The translations under genes were made by a program, and so were the position numbers. A stretch of 28,165 nt of DNA, taken from contig JBHGNT010000401.1 of NCBI GenBank assembly GCA_043228905.1, forward strand, positions 1 through 28,165, read 5' to 3'. How positions within the stretch are numbered: position 1 is the stretch's first letter; every line of letters begins with the position of its first letter. This DNA comes from Azolla caroliniana. Its lineage: Eukaryota > Plantae > Polypodiophyta. The notes below the pieces were generated by a model. That model saw only the letters and a list, made by a program, of their open reading frames with translations. It had not been told where the DNA came from and searched no databases. Below are positions 23,501 through 28,165 of this stretch, one piece after another.

Positions 23501-24618
23501 AACTCTTCTTCTAACTAACTAAGGACATTAAATTTGTTCGATAGATTTGTCCTTTTAGTACTATTAGGACTATCATATATTCCTACTGAAATAGACTCAG
23601 GTTTAGTACAATTAGAACTAGCAACTATTTGGTTTACCTGTCTTCTTGGCCTATGGGGATAGTTCACTGCAATATGCCTTGGTCCACTGCAATAAAGACA
23701 TAGTCGATTTGCTCGACGTCACTACTTTTCTTCTTCCGATAATGGTCTACGACGATGTGTAGTGTCAATTTCCATCGGAGTTGGAGTATTCACTAGAGAT
23801 GCATTATATGACTCCCTTGGAAAAGGTTTTGTTACCACTGAGGTGTAGCTGGGATCTGATCTTGCCCTTGGCATCTGGAACCGACGTTCCGAACGTCGTT
23901 CGAAAAGACGGTTGTCACATCTCACTATGCGACTGATTGCTTCTGTCAATGACTTTTGCTCTTCGGGGAAGGTCAAGAGTAAATCCTTGACACTATTACG
24001 TAGACCATAACAAAATTGCTCCATTAGTGCATGGTCATCCCAGGGGATATCAGAGGCGAGTGGGTAGAAATCTATAGCGTATGCAGAAGCTGGACGATCA
24101 CCTTGACGTAATCGTCGGATTTTGTTGATTGTTGTCCTTATGTTGTTAGTATCTCCAAAACAAGCATTAAACTCACTTAAAAACTCTTCAGAATTGTTCA
24201 GTAAAGGAGCGAACCATGCCAAAGTTGAGCTACTTAACAATGTGCCTACTAAACCCACTCATGATGCATCGGTGGGATATCGGGAAGGATGTATTTGAAT
24301 GACTAATCGTACCTAATTAAGGAATCCTCTAAATTGTGATCGCGTTCCATCGAATTTCATGGGAAGGCCGATATTGGGTTCTTTATGAATCCCTTGCGTA
24401 TTAGGTCCTTGTTGTTGCATTGCTACTATGGTTGCTTCGAGTTGTTGCACACATAACACTAGTTCCCCCTGTTGTTGTGTCTGTTTCTTTTCTAAGGAGA
24501 TTTGTTGAAGATCCCCCAACAACCGTTGATTTTCTTGTTCCAAAGCAAGGAATTTCTCTTTCAAGCATTGCAGGTCCGAGAAAACGGATTGATATTCTTG
24601 ACCGCTAACAGTGGCCAT
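23491..24618 (-). pseudogene. gag: gag of C with degenerate CCHC zinc knuckle
   Basis: ORFs 24313..24618 and 23722..24258. The frame continues through 'CLYCSGPRHIAVNY' to TAA at 23493-23491. Confidence 0.92.
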
Positions 24619-24702
24619 AGGATGAGAGGAAAGAGGAATAAAATATTAGTATGAAGGGAGGGAAACATACGAAGATAAAAGGAAGAGGAGGAAAGAGGTG
24701 AA

Positions 24703-24714
24703 AAATCGGTTCAA
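24703..24714 (-). promoter_or_regulatory. Self-priming-type primer binding site TTGAACCGATTT
   Basis: Lies 2 nt from the 5' LTR, lacks TGG, and is the exact complement of LTR 24907-24918. Confidence 0.8.
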
Positions 24715-24810
24715 ATTGTTAGGAATAGTACTGAGACAGAGAGGAAATTAGTACTAAGAGATGAATATTAGTACTAAGAGGAAAAGAGGGTGTAGAACAC
24801 TCGAGAGAAG

Positions 24811-24842
<32 letters not shown>

Positions 24843-24944
24843 TGATGACAACGATATATTATGTGAAAAGAATATACAAGGATGGCTAGGAGGCTTAAGA
24901 CTAGCGTTGAACCGATTTGGTTCGAAATAATGCCTTGTGCCTCC

Positions 24945-24994
24945 TTTTATAGTGTTCTCAGGAGTACTCCTGAAGTTTCTAGAATGTTCCAGAG
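24945..24994 (-). promoter_or_regulatory. TATA box, 16-bp palindrome and heat-shock element
   Basis: TATAAAA on minus (24951-24945), TCAGGAGTACTCCTGA (24958-24973), GAAgtTTCtaGAAtgTTC (24972-24989). Confidence 0.7.
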
Positions 24995-25058
24995 AAATCT
25001 GGAATATACATCAATTTTCTATAGTAAAACTTAAATGAAAATAATATCCTTTGTATTA

Positions 25059-25130
25059 CAACATATAGTCTAATGGTCAAGAGCTTGATCCATGTAACAT
25101 AAGGTCATGGGTTCGAGTTTTGCCATATCA
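25059..25130 (+). other. tRNA-like Pol III A/B-box cassette in LTR C (second copy at about 18290-18360)
   Basis: TAGTCTAATGG (25066), AGGTC-ATGGG-TTCGAGT (25102-25118). The T8 to T54 distance is 46. Confidence 0.75.
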
Positions 25131-26466
25131 TGACAACAACCATTCAAACCATGATTGCGCTCACAACAACAAAAGGGTGGCATCTCCATCAAATGGATGT
25201 TAAGAATGCTTTTCTTCAAGGAGAATTAGAAGAGGAGGTGCACATGGCACAACCGCATGGCTTCAAATCAAGCACACATCCAACAGAAGTGTGCCGATGA
25301 AAGAAGCCACTCTATGGCCTTAAGCAAGCGCCTCGGGCTTGACATTCCAAGATCACTCAATATCTTCATCGAATCAGCTTCGGAATCTCCAAGTCTGACA
25401 ACCTTCTCTATGTGAAAAGAAATTCTAAAAGTCTGATCTTCATCATTCTACGTGTGGATGATCTTGTAATTGGCGGTGAGCAGCTAGTCAACATCAATAA
25501 GGTCAAGTCCCTCCTCTTTGGAAAATTCGAGATGACGGACATGAAAGAGCTTCATTACTTCCTAGGCATTGATGTAATTCAAACCTCTGAGTGCATCATG
25601 ATCTCCCAGTGACACTATATCCTTAATCTGCTCTTCAAGTTTGGGATGACAAAGTGTAAACTTGTCACTACCCCTCTCAACTAAAACCTCAAACTGGATG
25701 CCGACTCCTACACCACAAAGTGTGAGCCAACACACAATCAACAACTTGTCGGAAGTCTTATCTACCTCACGATCACTCAACTTGGCCTCAGCTATCTAGT
25801 TGATCTCCTTAGTCAATTAATGCAAACTCCACGGGATATTCATTTAGATTGTTCTAAGCAATTGTTACAATACGGGAGTGGAACAATGGACTACAACACT
25901 ATTTATAAATCGGCCACGCCAATTCAACTTGAAGGGTATATGGATGCCGATTGAAAGCTAACCGATGATCGACTTCGGGCTTCGTAGTTTTAATTGGCAT
26001 CCGGGTCATATCATGGAGCAGCAAGAAGCGGCTAACCATCGTCTTATCCAATACAAAAGCCGAATACAGGGGCGCGACTATTGCTGCTTGTGAAGCCGTA
26101 TGGCTCAAAAGGATACTGAAGGATCTGAACGTCTCCATCAATGATCCAATATTGCTCTACTACGACAATCTCAGTAGTATTCATCTTGCTCGAAACTCAG
26201 TCTTCGATGCTCAAAAAAAGCACATCGAGGTGCACTACCACGTCATCAAAGAACGTGTCCTTGTAGGGGGTGTCGACCTTCAACACATCAACACAAATCT
26301 TCAAACAGTCGAAATCTTCACGAAAGCCCTAGGAGCCGACAAGTTTCGGCAATTCATGAAAGCTTGAGGGGGAGTAACAGAAAGAGAACCGGATACCACT
26401 TGAAGTGGACACCAACAACTAAAACCCGAAAGCCGATTGATGCCGAAAGTTGTGCTTGAAGGGGTG

Positions 26467-26868
26467 TGTTGAGAATCAAACTCAATCCATTCTAGTGTGT
26501 AAACACACTAGGGAGTTACACACCACCACTATGTAATATAACTAATGTGTCATAGGAGTTACATTCTATGACACATTATTAATGAGACTTGTAACATAAC
26601 TCATGTGGCATAGGAGTTACACTCTATGACACATAGTTAATGAGATTCCACACTCCCAAAGATTCTAGAGAGTGAATGAGTGGTTTAGTGAGAGGGTAGC
26701 CTTATATAAAGCACCCTCCTCCTATTTTGTAAGTGTCGGTTAATCTCCCTTGTAGTGCTCATTATCTCTGTGTAGTTGTTCTCTACTTCTTGTTAATATA
26801 CACCTTGAGTATTTCATTTTCTATCTATCTTGTGTCTCTCCTCTCTCCTCTTTCACACACACATAACA
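26467..26868 (+). repeat. 3' LTR of copia E (right end tentative)
   Basis: PPT TTGAAGGGGTG then TGTTGAG. TATATAAA near 26703. TAACA at 26864-26868. Confidence 0.75.
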
Positions 26869-26869
26869 C

Positions 26870-27724
26870 ACATCGTTAACCTATTCCGCTGCATAGAATC
26901 GCACTCGATTCTTTACATAGGCTTTCACCCCATGTTTACTATTAAACATGAAAGCATTACGCATATTCCAATTGCCAACACAATTCCCCAATATCGTAAA
27001 AATTGGAACAATATCTCCAACCCGTCATTTGGACCATTTTGAACATATTGAGAAAAAACCCATTGTTGAGGCCTCAAATAAGAACGCGTTAAAACTTGTC
27101 AAATATTCGATAAGTACTTCCAAATTATATGTGATAAAAGACATTTAATGAACCTATATGTACTTTCCTCGAATGGAATGGTGCAAAAGAAGCACGTTCT
27201 TGATCCTAGTCCTTGTCTCTCTAAGGTTGAACCTAATGGGAGCCCACCGAACATGACTCTCTATGAATATCTTTACAAGAAATGGAAAATGGAATTGACA
27301 ACCACGTTGCAAATTTTGCCACTACCTTGCATTGACTTGCATACATTCCACATATTTTCTACTTTAGGTGATATTCAAGGTAATGATGCCCTTGCATGAT
27401 GATGCAATATATTTGTAATGACCTAAAACAAGTGTGTATCATCCTTTAACCGTCAATCCCCCCAAAGTGCAACATTTGTTTTCATTGGCAAAGATCCATG
27501 CAACTATGGTATATCTTGTAATTTCTCCCAAATAAATCCATAATTTGGGGGAATACATAATCATCGTTTGGCATCTTCAAAATCCGATAACCTTTGAGAT
27601 TCATTATCAACCACATCAATTAGTATTAAGAGCCTTGCATCAATCTCTTGTAATTAGTGAAGTACAGTTGATTATTTAACCAAAGGGGTCATTTGTCATG
27701 ATATCCTCTTCTTTGTATAGTTAT
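26870..27724 (-). mobile_element. Old L1-like LINE, ORF2 C-terminal fragment (outermost host here)
   Basis: My minus-strand translation gives 'KIFI*RVMFGGLPLGSTLERQGLGSRTCFFCTIPFEEST' and 'WNMRNAFMFN', typical of the LINE zf-RVT C-terminus. Confidence 0.7.
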
Positions 27725-28165
27725 TGTTAGGAATATGTCCCTCCTATCCGAGGAGCTGATTGGTCGGACTGAGAGCCGACAATCGAAGACAAGGAGCAGT
27801 CAACTGTGTTGGGAATCTGGTCCCTCCGGATGAGACAGATCGGATGAACCAAAGGAAGGAACCAGATCGGACGGATCTGGAAGGTATCTGGATGGATCCG
27901 GTGTGAACCGGATCCAGGGACATATCTGTAAATATGTTGAATCTAGTGTGCCTATGATGGCCATATTTGTAAATAGTCCTAAAGTCATATAAGTATAAAT
28001 AGGACTTAGGGCAATCAATTGTTGATGAGTTGTTATGATTGTACAGAGAGACACACACACAGTGTAATAAAGAAACAGAAAGTATTTTCTGTTGTAATCG
28101 CCGGTTGGCGAAAACATAAAACTCGAGGTCATTGCCTCTGAGTCTCGCATTGTATCCTTCCTCTC
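27725..28165 (+). mobile_element. LTR (copia-like), runs off the right edge
   Basis: TGTTAGGAATATGTCCCTCC start and ATATTTGTAAATAG...TATAAATA, similar to the LTRs at 2522 and 9738. Confidence 0.82.

Larger units (their letters stand above)
17933..25135 (-). mobile_element. Near-complete Ty3/gypsy chromovirus C (Tcn1/sushi-like)
   Basis: Two LTRs, decayed TSD ATAAT/ACAAC, order gag-PR-RT-RH-INT-chromodomain, PPT AAAGGGGGAATAA (18367-18379). Confidence 0.96.
24717..25135 (-). repeat. 5' LTR of C (419 bp)
   Basis: TG...CA ends, (GA)14, about 17 substitutions against the 3' LTR counted by eye. Confidence 0.95.
10349..26868 (+). mobile_element. Ty1/copia E (integrase, RT, RNase H, PPT, 3' LTR) split by a LINE and by chromovirus C
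   Basis: Integrase 10349-10811 ('SEVFTHFQKFK', 'IFGSIAYVHIP...KFDP') continues at 16144 'KCILVGYS'. RT 'FAPVAKM|TTIQT...QMDVKNAFLQG' rejoins across 17933-25135. RNase H 'KHIEVHYH...IFTKAL' ends at 26367. Confidence 0.93.

Overview
Eukaryotic, most likely non-seed-plant (fern/lycophyte-like, by inference) heterochromatic DNA made entirely of nested, decayed retrotransposons, with no host gene detected. It holds three minus-strand Tcn1/sushi-like Ty3/gypsy chromoviruses (A, B and near-complete C), a Tat-type Ty3/gypsy with an extra RNase H, two Ty1/copia remnants, two L1-like LINEs, and several solo LTRs with readable target-site duplications (TSDs). The most notable signal is a tRNA-shaped Pol III promoter (A box, AGGTC, B box at tRNA spacing, anticodon arm decayed) in the U3 of four different LTR families, always antisense to the element. 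In the chromoviruses it is part of a repeated LTR module: self-primer palindrome, TATA, heat-shock elements, then the tRNA-like cassette. Element C also shows a tRNA-independent self-priming PBS and a -1 frameshift cassette. Coordinates were read by eye.
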